Assembly: GCA_004375725.1 (NCBI GenBank)
Contig: SOKS01000106.1
Span: forward strand, 1-36,500
Direction of reading: 5' to 3'
Source: Dehalococcoidia bacterium
GTDB lineage: Bacteria > Chloroflexota > Dehalococcoidia > Dehalococcoidales > RBG-16-60-22
Length of the DNA stretch: 36,500 nt
The notes beneath the pieces are model-generated. The model ran no database searches. It was not told the DNA's origin and worked only from the letters and a program-made list of their open reading frames with translations. A program made the translations under genes and the position numbers. Positions 30,045-36,500 of the stretch are shown in pieces; position 1 is the first letter of the stretch, and the number at the start of each line of letters is the position of its first letter.

Positions 30045-30075
30045 ATTATATCAAGGATTAAAGAAGGGAAATCAA
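30045..30075 (-). promoter_or_regulatory. Candidate hicBA promoter with extended -10 (TTGATT-N19-TGaTATAAT)
   Basis: On the minus strand, a perfect TATAAT lies at 30045-30050 with TG at 30052-30053 and TTGATT at 30070-30075. It sits just inside the unique segment next to repeat copy 2. A second candidate is TTGTAT-N18-TACAAT, with its -10 at 29960-29965. Sequence match only. Confidence 0.4.
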
Positions 30076-30082
30076 CCAAATG

Positions 30083-30224
30083 CAAATAGCTACAAACAGG
30101 CTTGGTGGAACTTATTCGCCGAGCAGGCGGTGCAGTCCTTCCCCATGCTTCCGGCACCACTGATAGATGACCATCAGGTCCCAGCCGATGCAGAAGTGGC
30201 GGACGCCCATCTCTATGAATTCCC
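30083..30224. repeat. Direct repeat copy 2 (142 bp), overlapping the intact 3' end of the aldolase gene
   Basis: Identical to 28986-29127. Covers 29 nt downstream of the aldolase stop plus the last 113 nt of its CDS. Confidence 0.98.
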
Positions 30225-30903
30225 GGGCTTTTTCGAAATCATCAAGTTCCACACGAGGATGGACGCCCTTTTTGAGCGCAAGTTCGATGATGTCTTTTTG
30301 TTGGCGCTGTATTTCGGGGCTGTGCATCTTTCCCGCCCGGCCTGTATTGACCGAGAAATCGCACGGGCCAAACTGAATCATATCCAGGCCTTCGATTGAA
30401 AGCACCTCGTCCATCTGTTCCACCAGGCTTGCCTTTTCCACCATGATGGCAATGACTGCCTCCCGGAGTGTTCTGACCCAGACCTCGGTGCCAATCTCAA
30501 GGACAAAGCCGGTGATACGGCGTATGACGCAACCCTGAAGGCCATCGTCTTCGGGCGTGGCGGGCCTGACCATGCGGATGCATTGCCTGACTTCATCCGC
30601 AGTGTGGCAATCGGCAAACAGGATGTTCGGGATACCGGCACCGAGCGAACGGCTGGTGATGAACAGTCGCGGGTCCTGCTCCACCTTCATCATGGAGGAC
30701 ATATGGGGAAACAGGTCTACGGCGCGCGCGAAGTTATCAAGCTGGGGAAGGCTCCAGGTGGCATACTGTCCGCTCAACTCGATGTAATCAAAAAGGCCGG
30801 AGTGCCCGATCACCTCAATAATCTCGGGTGATGTGGTGATTACGTGGGTGCCAACGGTTGGCTTTCCCGCGTTCAGAAGCTCCCTCATTCGGTTTTTTCT
30901 CAC
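30112..30903 (-). CDS. HpcH/HpaI-family (class II, pyruvate-specific) aldolase-like protein
   Basis: 263 aa. The N-terminal ...LLNAGKPTVGTHVITTSPEIIEVIGHSGLFDYIEL... and the TIM-barrel-like length resemble the HpcH/HpaI aldolase/citrate-lyase family. GTG start at 30901-30903 follows AAAGGAG. The family call rests on pattern recall, not a search. Confidence 0.6.
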   Translation of the reverse strand: MRKNRMRELLNAGKPTVGTHVITTSPEIIEVIGHSGLFDYIELSGQYATWSLPQLDNFARAVDLFPHMSSMMKVEQDPRLFITSRSLGAGIPNILFADCHTADEVRQCIRMVRPATPEDDGLQGCVIRRITGFVLEIGTEVWVRTLREAVIAIMVEKASLVEQMDEVLSIEGLDMIQFGPCDFSVNTGRAGKMHSPEIQRQQKDIIELALKKGVHPRVELDDFEKAREFIEMGVRHFCIGWDLMVIYQWCRKHGEGLHRLLGE

Positions 30904-30948
30904 CGTAATCTCCTTTGCGACAGCATAATAATTAGGGACTCACCCATT

Positions 30949-31836
30949 TTAGCAGGATTTTGCTCTGTCGTATAGTTCGGCAGCCCGGTAGGAACTCCTG
31001 ACCAGGGGCGACGAGGCAACCTCGGTGAATCCCAGCGCCTGGCCGATGGCTTCATACTCGGTGAATTCCTCCGGAGGTACAAAGCGAATCACGGGATGAT
31101 GTTGAGGGGAGGGCTGGAGGTACTGCCCGATGGTCAGCAGGTCGCAATTCGCCTCTCTCAGGTCACCCATTACCTCGATGACTTCCTCTCTGCTTTCGCC
31201 CAGCCCGAGCATGAGGCCGGACTTGGTCACGGTCTCCGGGTTCAGCTTTTTCACCAGGTACAGGAGTTCCAGCGAGCGGGCGTAATCCGCTCCCGGCCTC
31301 ACTTCGGGGTAGAGGCGGGGCACCGTTTCCACGTTGTGGTTGATGACCTGCGGGCCGGACTCAACCACCATCAAGATGGCCTTTTCTGAGCCGCGGAAAT
31401 CAGGGACGAGGACCTCAACCGTGATACCGGCCGCATTTTCCCGGAGCAGGGTTACTGTTCGGGCAAACTGAGAGGCGCCGCCATCAGGCAGGTCGTCTCT
31501 GGTGACGGAGGTAATGACAACATAGCTCAGCCCGAGTTTTTCAACTGCCTCAAGCAGGTGTTCCGGCTCCGCTTCATCAACGGGACCTGGATGTCCCCTC
31601 TTTACCGCACAGAAGGTGCAGCGCCGGGTACACATGTCTCCCAGAATGAGAAAAGTGGCCGTGCCGGCCGTAAAGCAATTGCCGATGTTGGGGCAGAGGG
31701 CGCTCTGGCAGATGGTGTGCAGGTTAAATCCGTCCAGCAGGTCGTGCATGGATGACATGACGGCAGGGTCGGCGAGCCTCTGCTTAAACCAGGGTGGCAG
31801 TCTTCCTCTCATAATAGCTCTCATCGACTGAGTCAT
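30949..31836 (-). CDS. lipA: Lipoyl synthase
   Basis: N-terminal cluster CPNIGNCF, radical-SAM CTRRCTFCAV and C-terminal ...SSPLVRSSYRA. The exact start is uncertain: ATGs at 31836, 31824 and 31812 all overlap the lipB 3' end. Confidence 0.92.
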   Translation of the reverse strand: MTQSMRAIMRGRLPPWFKQRLADPAVMSSMHDLLDGFNLHTICQSALCPNIGNCFTAGTATFLILGDMCTRRCTFCAVKRGHPGPVDEAEPEHLLEAVEKLGLSYVVITSVTRDDLPDGGASQFARTVTLLRENAAGITVEVLVPDFRGSEKAILMVVESGPQVINHNVETVPRLYPEVRPGADYARSLELLYLVKKLNPETVTKSGLMLGLGESREEVIEVMGDLREANCDLLTIGQYLQPSPQHHPVIRFVPPEEFTEYEAIGQALGFTEVASSPLVRSSYRAAELYDRAKSC

Positions 31837-32482
31837 CTGTGAATTTCAATTCAACCTCAAAAACCTCAGCGAAGTGGGCCAGTAAACGTTCGGTCACCTC
31901 ATCTACTGGCAGCTCACGCCCGAGGAGTCGGGCCATTGAAGTGGCCGTTTTGCTGGTGAAACCACAGGGGTTAATCAATGAAAAGTGGTTCAGGTCTGTG
32001 TTCACATTGAGGGCAAAGCCGTGCATGGTAATCCACTGGCGGATGCTGAGCCCGAGAGCGGCTATCTCCTCATCGTTCACCCAGACGCCGGCGTGGCTGC
32101 GGTCGCGCTCCGACTTTATACCGTAGTCGGCCAGCGTTCTGATGAGCGCTTCTTCCAGGTTGTGGACATACTGGTGGGCGTCCCGGTTCCGCTCTCGCAA
32201 ATCCAGTATGGGATAGCCGACAATTTGTCCCGGGCCGTGATAGGTAACATCACCGCCGCGGTCGGTGAAAATTAAGGACACGCCCGCACCGGCCAGTTTT
32301 GCCGGGGAAACCAGGACATTTTCCAGCTTGCCCAGCTTGCCCACGGTGATGGTGGGCGGGTGCTCCAGCAGAAGCAGCGTATCGGCTATCCGACTTTTCA
32401 ACTTCTCCTGAAGCAGCGCTTTCTGCAGCTCGAACGCCTCGCGGTATTCAATCTGTCCCAGCTGTCGAACGGTACACCACAT
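31784..32482 (-). CDS. lipB: Lipoyl(octanoyl) transferase
   Basis: RGGDVTYHGPGQ, ...EIAALGLSI... and INPCGF motifs. ATG 32480-32482 (GGAG 6 nt upstream) is preferred. The ORF-track GTG 32494 is possible. Confidence 0.9.
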   Translation of the reverse strand: MWCTVRQLGQIEYREAFELQKALLQEKLKSRIADTLLLLEHPPTITVGKLGKLENVLVSPAKLAGAGVSLIFTDRGGDVTYHGPGQIVGYPILDLRERNRDAHQYVHNLEEALIRTLADYGIKSERDRSHAGVWVNDEEIAALGLSIRQWITMHGFALNVNTDLNHFSLINPCGFTSKTATSMARLLGRELPVDEVTERLLAHFAEVFEVELKFTDDSVDESYYERKTATLV

Positions 32483-32502
32483 CCTTTGCTCCACGTGCTT
32501 CT

Positions 32503-33909
32503 CTACCTGTTCTTTGAGGGATAGTGTATTGTCTCGCCGGTGACATCGAGCGCTGCCTCGTGCATGGCCTCGGAGAGTGAGGGATGGGCATGCAGGGTGG
32601 CGACGATGTCCGCTACGGTGGCTTCCATCTTCATGGCAAGGGTAGCCTCGGCGATGAGTTCGGTGGCTCGCGGGCCCAGGATATGAACGCCGAGAATCTG
32701 GCCGTATTTCGACTCGGTAATAATTTTAATCAGGCCGCGGCGCTCGCCCAGTATGGTGGCAATGCTGTTGGCGGCGAAGGGGAACCTGCCAATCTTTATT
32801 TCATACCCCTGCGATTTAGCTTCTTCCTCGGTGAGGCCGACGCTGGCCAGTTCCAGCAGGCTGTGTGTGAAACGCGGCACAACCTGGTAATCAATGGTGG
32901 CGCGGCGACCCATAGCGTTTTCCGCGGCAATAATGCCTTCTTCCATAGCCACATAGGCGAGCATGATGCCGCCGGTGGCATCCCCTGCGGCATAGATACC
33001 CGGAACGCTGGTCTCCATACGCTCGTTAACCTGGATGGCACCCTTGTTTATCTTTACGCCAGCTTCCTCAAGCCCCAGACCATCCGTGCTCGGCCGGTAC
33101 CCCACGGCGATGGCGACCACTTCCGCCTCCAGCTTTTGTTCCGGTTTGCCATCCGAGATGGTGACCGATTTTCCGCCCGCGCTGTCTTCAATCTGCAGCA
33201 CCCTGGTGCCTTCGTATAGCTGCATACCGTCGTCTTTGAGCGCTTTGGCCAGTACGGACGTAAGTTCGGCATCTTCCAGGGGCAGGATATGGGGCAGCAT
33301 CTCCACCACGCTCACCTGGCAGCCCAGCTTGGCCAGAATGGTGGCCATCTCTATGCCGATAACGCCGCCGCCAATCATTATCATGCTTTTCGGTACGCTT
33401 TCCAGGTTAAGGATTTTCTCGGCGTTGATTATGCCGGAGGGGCTGTCCGCGCCTGGAATGGGCAGCGATATCGGCTTGCCGCCGGTGGCCAGTATTATTT
33501 TCTGGGCCTGAATAACCTGTTTCTGCCCATCTCCGCTCTCGATTTCCACCTGTTTGGAAGGCAGTAGTCTGGCACGACCCTTGACGACTTCTATTTTGTT
33601 CCCTTTGAGCAGGCTCTCTACGCCTGATACGTGTGTCTTGATTACTGTATTCTTGCGCGCCTGCATCTTAGCCAGGTCAGCGCTGACATCCCGCGCCATG
33701 ATGCCAAACTGCTCAGATTTCTTCATGATTCCGTAGAGCTCGGCGCTGTGCAGCAGTGTTTTTGATGGTACGCATCCCCGGTTGAGGCAGGTACCGCCCA
33801 GTGTCTCCATCTCAACAACGGTAGCCCGGCCGCCAAGCTGTGCCGCCCTGATGGCGGCTACATAGCCCGCCGGTCCGCCACCTATAATGACCAGCTCTCT
33901 CTCTTCCAC
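32503..33909 (-). CDS. lpdA: Dihydrolipoyl dehydrogenase (E3)
   Basis: FAD motif IIGGGPAGY, redox-active disulfide GGTCLNRGCVPSK, a second dinucleotide fold IGGGVIGIE, and C-terminal interface HAHPSLSE. Confidence 0.93.
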   Translation of the reverse strand: MEERELVIIGGGPAGYVAAIRAAQLGGRATVVEMETLGGTCLNRGCVPSKTLLHSAELYGIMKKSEQFGIMARDVSADLAKMQARKNTVIKTHVSGVESLLKGNKIEVVKGRARLLPSKQVEIESGDGQKQVIQAQKIILATGGKPISLPIPGADSPSGIINAEKILNLESVPKSMIMIGGGVIGIEMATILAKLGCQVSVVEMLPHILPLEDAELTSVLAKALKDDGMQLYEGTRVLQIEDSAGGKSVTISDGKPEQKLEAEVVAIAVGYRPSTDGLGLEEAGVKINKGAIQVNERMETSVPGIYAAGDATGGIMLAYVAMEEGIIAAENAMGRRATIDYQVVPRFTHSLLELASVGLTEEEAKSQGYEIKIGRFPFAANSIATILGERRGLIKIITESKYGQILGVHILGPRATELIAEATLAMKMEATVADIVATLHAHPSLSEAMHEAALDVTGETIHYPSKNR

Positions 33910-33956
33910 TAAATACCTCCGGTAAAAATATATAGCTGATTCGGCTCTGGTCAGCG

Positions 33957-34295
33957 CTACGTTGCCAGGTCGTCAACCGCCTGCTGCACCAGCTGCAGAT
34001 AGGCCAGAGACGGCCCGCCGCCCATCTGCACCGCCACCCAGCCGGCTTCCATGACCTGTTCCTTGGTGGCACCGTGGGCCAGTGCGCTCTTCACGTTGGC
34101 CGCGATGCACCAGTGGCAGTGTTCGGCAACGGCGATGCCCACGGCAATGAGGTACTTGTATTTTTGGTCCAGCGCGCCCGGCGCTTTGGCTGCCTGGGTC
34201 AGTGCGGCGAAGCCCTGCCTCTGCTGAGGCCACTCCTTTTGCCAGCGCGCCAGGTTGGCTTCAAATTCCTGCACGACTTCTTTCATGTTTTCCAT
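33957..34295 (-). CDS. Carboxymuconolactone decarboxylase (AhpD-like) family protein with CxxC
   Basis: 112 aa. ...LDQKYKYLIAVGIAVAEHCHWCIAANVKSALAHGATKEQVMEA... fits the CMD/AhpD-core pattern with a CHWC pair. Confidence 0.75.
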   Translation of the reverse strand: MENMKEVVQEFEANLARWQKEWPQQRQGFAALTQAAKAPGALDQKYKYLIAVGIAVAEHCHWCIAANVKSALAHGATKEQVMEAGWVAVQMGGGPSLAYLQLVQQAVDDLAT

Positions 34296-34330
34296 TTTGC
34301 TCTACTCCTCCTGAAAATATAGCCATGTAA

Positions 34331-35575
34331 TCAGGCTAAAAGCAGTGTCGGGTTTTCCAGGGCACTGAGCAGGCTGGTTAAAAACCTGGCTGCCACGGCG
34401 CCGTCAATAACCCGGTGGTCGTAGGTCAGGCTGTAGGTCATTATCGGTCTGGCCACAATCTGTCCATCTCTGACCACGGCCCGGTCGGTAATCGCTCCGA
34501 CGCGCAGGATGGCCGATTCCGGCTGGTTGATGATGGCGGTCTCAAAGGTCCAGCCGCTGCCGAGCGTGCCCAGATTGGTCAGCGTAAATGTGCCACCGTT
34601 GATCTCATCACTGCTCAGCTTGTTCTCCTTTGCCTTCTCGACAAGTGTCTTTATCTCTTTGCTTATCTCCACCAGCGACTTACGGTCGGCGTGCTTCACC
34701 ACCGGGACAATCAATCCGTCTTCCAGCGCGGTCGCCACGCCCATATTGATATCTTCCCAGACTTTAATCTCTTTATCGACAATGCTGGCGTTGACCTTGA
34801 GGTGGTCGCGGAGTATACGGGCGATGGCAAAGACGAGAATGTCGGTGTAGGTAATGCGGGTACCGAGGGTGCTTTCCTGTGCTACCAGGTTGTTGCGCAG
34901 CCTGGCAATCTCGCCCATATCGATTTCACCCATCGTGGTGAGCTGGGCTGAAACAGAAAGGCTGTGATGCATGCGCTCGGCGATGGTGCCCCGCATCCCG
35001 GTGAGCGGTATGGTCTGCTTTACCCTTCTTTCTCCCACGGCTGCAGGCGGTGCTGGTGCCGCCTCTTTGACGGCGATTGCTTTTTCAATATCCTCGCGGA
35101 CAATTCTGCCGCCCGGCCCTGTGCCCGCCACCCGGGTGATATCAACGGCATGTTCCTCGGCCAGTTTTCTGGCCACCGGCGAGATGCGGACACGCCCTTC
35201 TTCTCCGGCGGCGGGGACTACTTCTTTGGCTGGTGCCGCCTCGGCCTTGGGAGTCTCAGCGGCCGCTGGTTCAGCTGCCTGCGCTGCTTCGGCTGGCTTC
35301 CCCGCAGGTGTCTCTTTCTGTAACTTGGCCAGCTCTTCTTTGCTTTCCGCGAGCATACCGATAACCTGCCCGGCGGGAGCTGTCTCCCCCTCGTTCATCA
35401 TGATATGGAGGAAGCCGCTGACCGGGGATTCAACATCGGTCCTGACCTTCTCCGTCTCGATAACCACCACTAGCTGGCGTTCTTCCACCCGGTCTCCTTC
35501 CTTGAACTGCCATTCAATGATGGTGGCATCGGCCACGGCCATGCCAACACGTGGTATTTTAATTTCTGTGGCCAT
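34331..35575 (-). CDS. Dihydrolipoamide acyltransferase (E2) of a 2-oxoacid/acetoin dehydrogenase complex
   Basis: Lipoyl domain with IETEKV, an Ala/Pro linker, the peripheral-subunit-binding domain ISPVARKLAEEHAVDITRVAGTGPGGRIVREDI, and catalytic DHRVIDGA. Start placed at ATG 35573-35575 (MATEIKIPRVG...). The 25 extra ORF-track codons overlap the upstream gene. Confidence 0.92.
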   Translation of the reverse strand: MATEIKIPRVGMAVADATIIEWQFKEGDRVEERQLVVVIETEKVRTDVESPVSGFLHIMMNEGETAPAGQVIGMLAESKEELAKLQKETPAGKPAEAAQAAEPAAAETPKAEAAPAKEVVPAAGEEGRVRISPVARKLAEEHAVDITRVAGTGPGGRIVREDIEKAIAVKEAAPAPPAAVGERRVKQTIPLTGMRGTIAERMHHSLSVSAQLTTMGEIDMGEIARLRNNLVAQESTLGTRITYTDILVFAIARILRDHLKVNASIVDKEIKVWEDINMGVATALEDGLIVPVVKHADRKSLVEISKEIKTLVEKAKENKLSSDEINGGTFTLTNLGTLGSGWTFETAIINQPESAILRVGAITDRAVVRDGQIVARPIMTYSLTYDHRVIDGAVAARFLTSLLSALENPTLLLA

Positions 35576-35594
35576 CTCTTTCTTCTCCCATAGC

Positions 35595-36500
35595 TTATTT
35601 TCGGAAAAAGCCCTGTTCTGCCGCAGCACGGATGGTTTTTTTGACGTCAACTACCGGTGGGCCATCAGGCTGAAGTTTTATTTTGGTCTGGTCGGTATCC
35701 TTGACCGTGACTTCTCTTTCTCCATCCAGCGCGATGACCGAGGGCTTCAAATTTACCGCAACTTCCTCGCCTGGTTCAAGCAGCTTCCATTCTGCGATGC
35801 CGACCTCGCAGATAACGCCGGGCAGCACGGCGGCTTTTACCTTGAGGTGGCCATTGCCCAGCCTCAGGTACATTCCCCGAGCATCGTCAGGCCCGACAGG
35901 GAAGAGGTTTCCCCCGATGGCCGTCATGCCCAGATTGGTTGGTTCCGCTCTGGTACAGATTATCTGCCTGACCTCTGATAGCTCCCAGATGGCCCGGGCA
36001 CCGACGAATAGCTGATCTAACACTACCGCGTCAATCAGTGCCATGTCAATTTCCCGGCCATTCTGGATGACGGCGAGACGTTTCTGGGTTTTAATTACAT
36101 CTTTGCCATCAACCAGCTTCCGGGCAGTTATGCCGGCGGCAAGGCCGGCGGTGGTGGCTTCCACCATCTCTGGAAAGACATTGTTGGTGCCGGTAGAAAT
36201 TGGGACCAGTGGAATACGGCCACTTTTTTTGGCCACGTCACGGTTGGTGCCGTCTCCACCCAGAGTAACAATGCACCCCATCTCCTGTTCGCCCATCAGC
36301 TCCGCAGCCCGGGTGGAATCCTCGCTGGTATAGCTGAGCGGCATATCAATTACGGATACTCTGGCGTCCAGCTTCTTTCTCCCGATGCCGTCCAGCGCTC
36401 TCTGCCCGAGCCCATAGTAATCGGGCATAATCAGGATTTCATCAACTCCGATGGCGTCAATGCCCATGATAATCCGGCGCAGCTGATTGGTCTTTTCGTT
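35595..36500 (-). CDS. AcoX-like ATP-NAD kinase/diacylglycerol-kinase-fold protein (5' end probably beyond window)
   Basis: GGDGT motif (IVTLGGDGTNRD) and ...PISTGTNNVFP... resemble acetoin-catabolism AcoX / NAD kinase-like proteins. The frame stays open from 36467 to the window edge (NEKTNQLRRII-MGID...), so the true start is probably upstream. Confidence 0.7.
   Translation of the reverse strand, partial: NEKTNQLRRIIMGIDAIGVDEILIMPDYYGLGQRALDGIGRKKLDARVSVIDMPLSYTSEDSTRAAELMGEQEMGCIVTLGGDGTNRDVAKKSGRIPLVPISTGTNNVFPEMVEATTAGLAAGITARKLVDGKDVIKTQKRLAVIQNGREIDMALIDAVVLDQLFVGARAIWELSEVRQIICTRAEPTNLGMTAIGGNLFPVGPDDARGMYLRLGNGHLKVKAAVLPGVICEVGIAEWKLLEPGEEVAVNLKPSVIALDGEREVTVKDTDQTKIKLQPDGPPVVDVKKTIRAAAEQGFFRK

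Larger units (their letters stand above)
28986..30224. mobile_element. Candidate integrated non-autonomous element / Campbell-type insertion: repeat - 955-bp hicBA cassette - repeat
   Basis: Two perfect 142-bp direct repeats bracket an AT-richer 955-bp segment (29128-30082) that encodes only a HicB/HicA-like pair. No recombinase gene and no terminal inverted repeats were seen. Confidence 0.55.

Noticed and set aside
29128-30082. Integrase, transposase or IS-type terminal inverted repeats inside the repeat-flanked segment
   Set aside because: No ORF of suitable size or motif is present, and the junction sequences (atataaaaattgg... / ...atcaaccaaatg) are not inverted repeats. The segment is therefore called non-autonomous rather than an IS or transposon.
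29314-30399. 361-aa plus-strand ORF spanning the hicA, hicB and aldolase regions
   Set aside because: It runs antisense to three ORFs that have recognisable family signatures. Its own translation is low-complexity, Cys/Phe/Leu-rich junk with no motif or RBS. It also crosses the compositional boundary and the repeat.
34971-35978. 335-aa plus-strand ORF, plus similar long antisense ORFs (3319-4029, 5396-6025, 17777-18451, 21328-21840, 25929-26660, 32584-33219)
   Set aside because: All lie opposite genes with strong conserved motifs (E2, ahcY, DAHP synthase, L6/L18, S3, EF-G, Lpd). They have Ala/Arg/Pro/Ser-rich compositions typical of shadow ORFs in GC-rich coding DNA.

Overview
This window looks like a core chromosomal segment of a bacterium with roughly mid-50s % G+C. 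Gene content and order suggest a Chloroflexota/Dehalococcoidia-like organism, but that is inference only. Nt 1-8656 carry housekeeping genes: trpS (5' end cut by the window edge), a convergent RtcB RNA ligase plus archease pair, then a plus-strand run of ahcY, metK, a type I-beta DAHP synthase, a Dph6/MJ0570-like ATP pyrophosphatase and a phosphohexomutase. A hairpin terminator at 8697-8719 separates this from a single co-linear minus-strand block of about 20 kb (8748-28836). That block fuses the str, S10, spc and alpha operons with truA-rplM-rpsI: rpsL, rpsG, fusA (no tuf), rpsJ through rpsQ, rplN through rplO, secY, adk, map, infA, rpmJ (found by hand, absent from the ORF track), rpsM, rpsK, rpsD, rpoA, rplQ, truA, rplM and rpsI. 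Many genes in it overlap or are translationally coupled, and several use TTG or GTG starts. Nt 30112-36500 hold a minus-strand lipoate/2-oxoacid-dehydrogenase operon: an AcoX-like kinase (5' partial), E2, an AhpD/CMD-like CxxC protein, E3, lipB, lipA and an HpcH-family aldolase. The one accessory feature lies between that operon and the rpsL promoter. It is a 955-bp AT-richer segment encoding a HicB/HicA-like toxin-antitoxin pair, flanked by two perfectly identical 142-bp direct repeats (28986-29127 and 30083-30224) that duplicate the 3' end of the aldolase gene. No recombinase is present, so it is a candidate non-autonomous integrated element or Campbell-type insertion. Secondary observations are a ~165-aa low-complexity C-terminal extension on ribosomal protein S3, a structured rpsL leader whose predicted -35 spans the repeat boundary, and the AhpD-like protein embedded between E2 and E3. 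I saw no rRNA, tRNA or CRISPR array.
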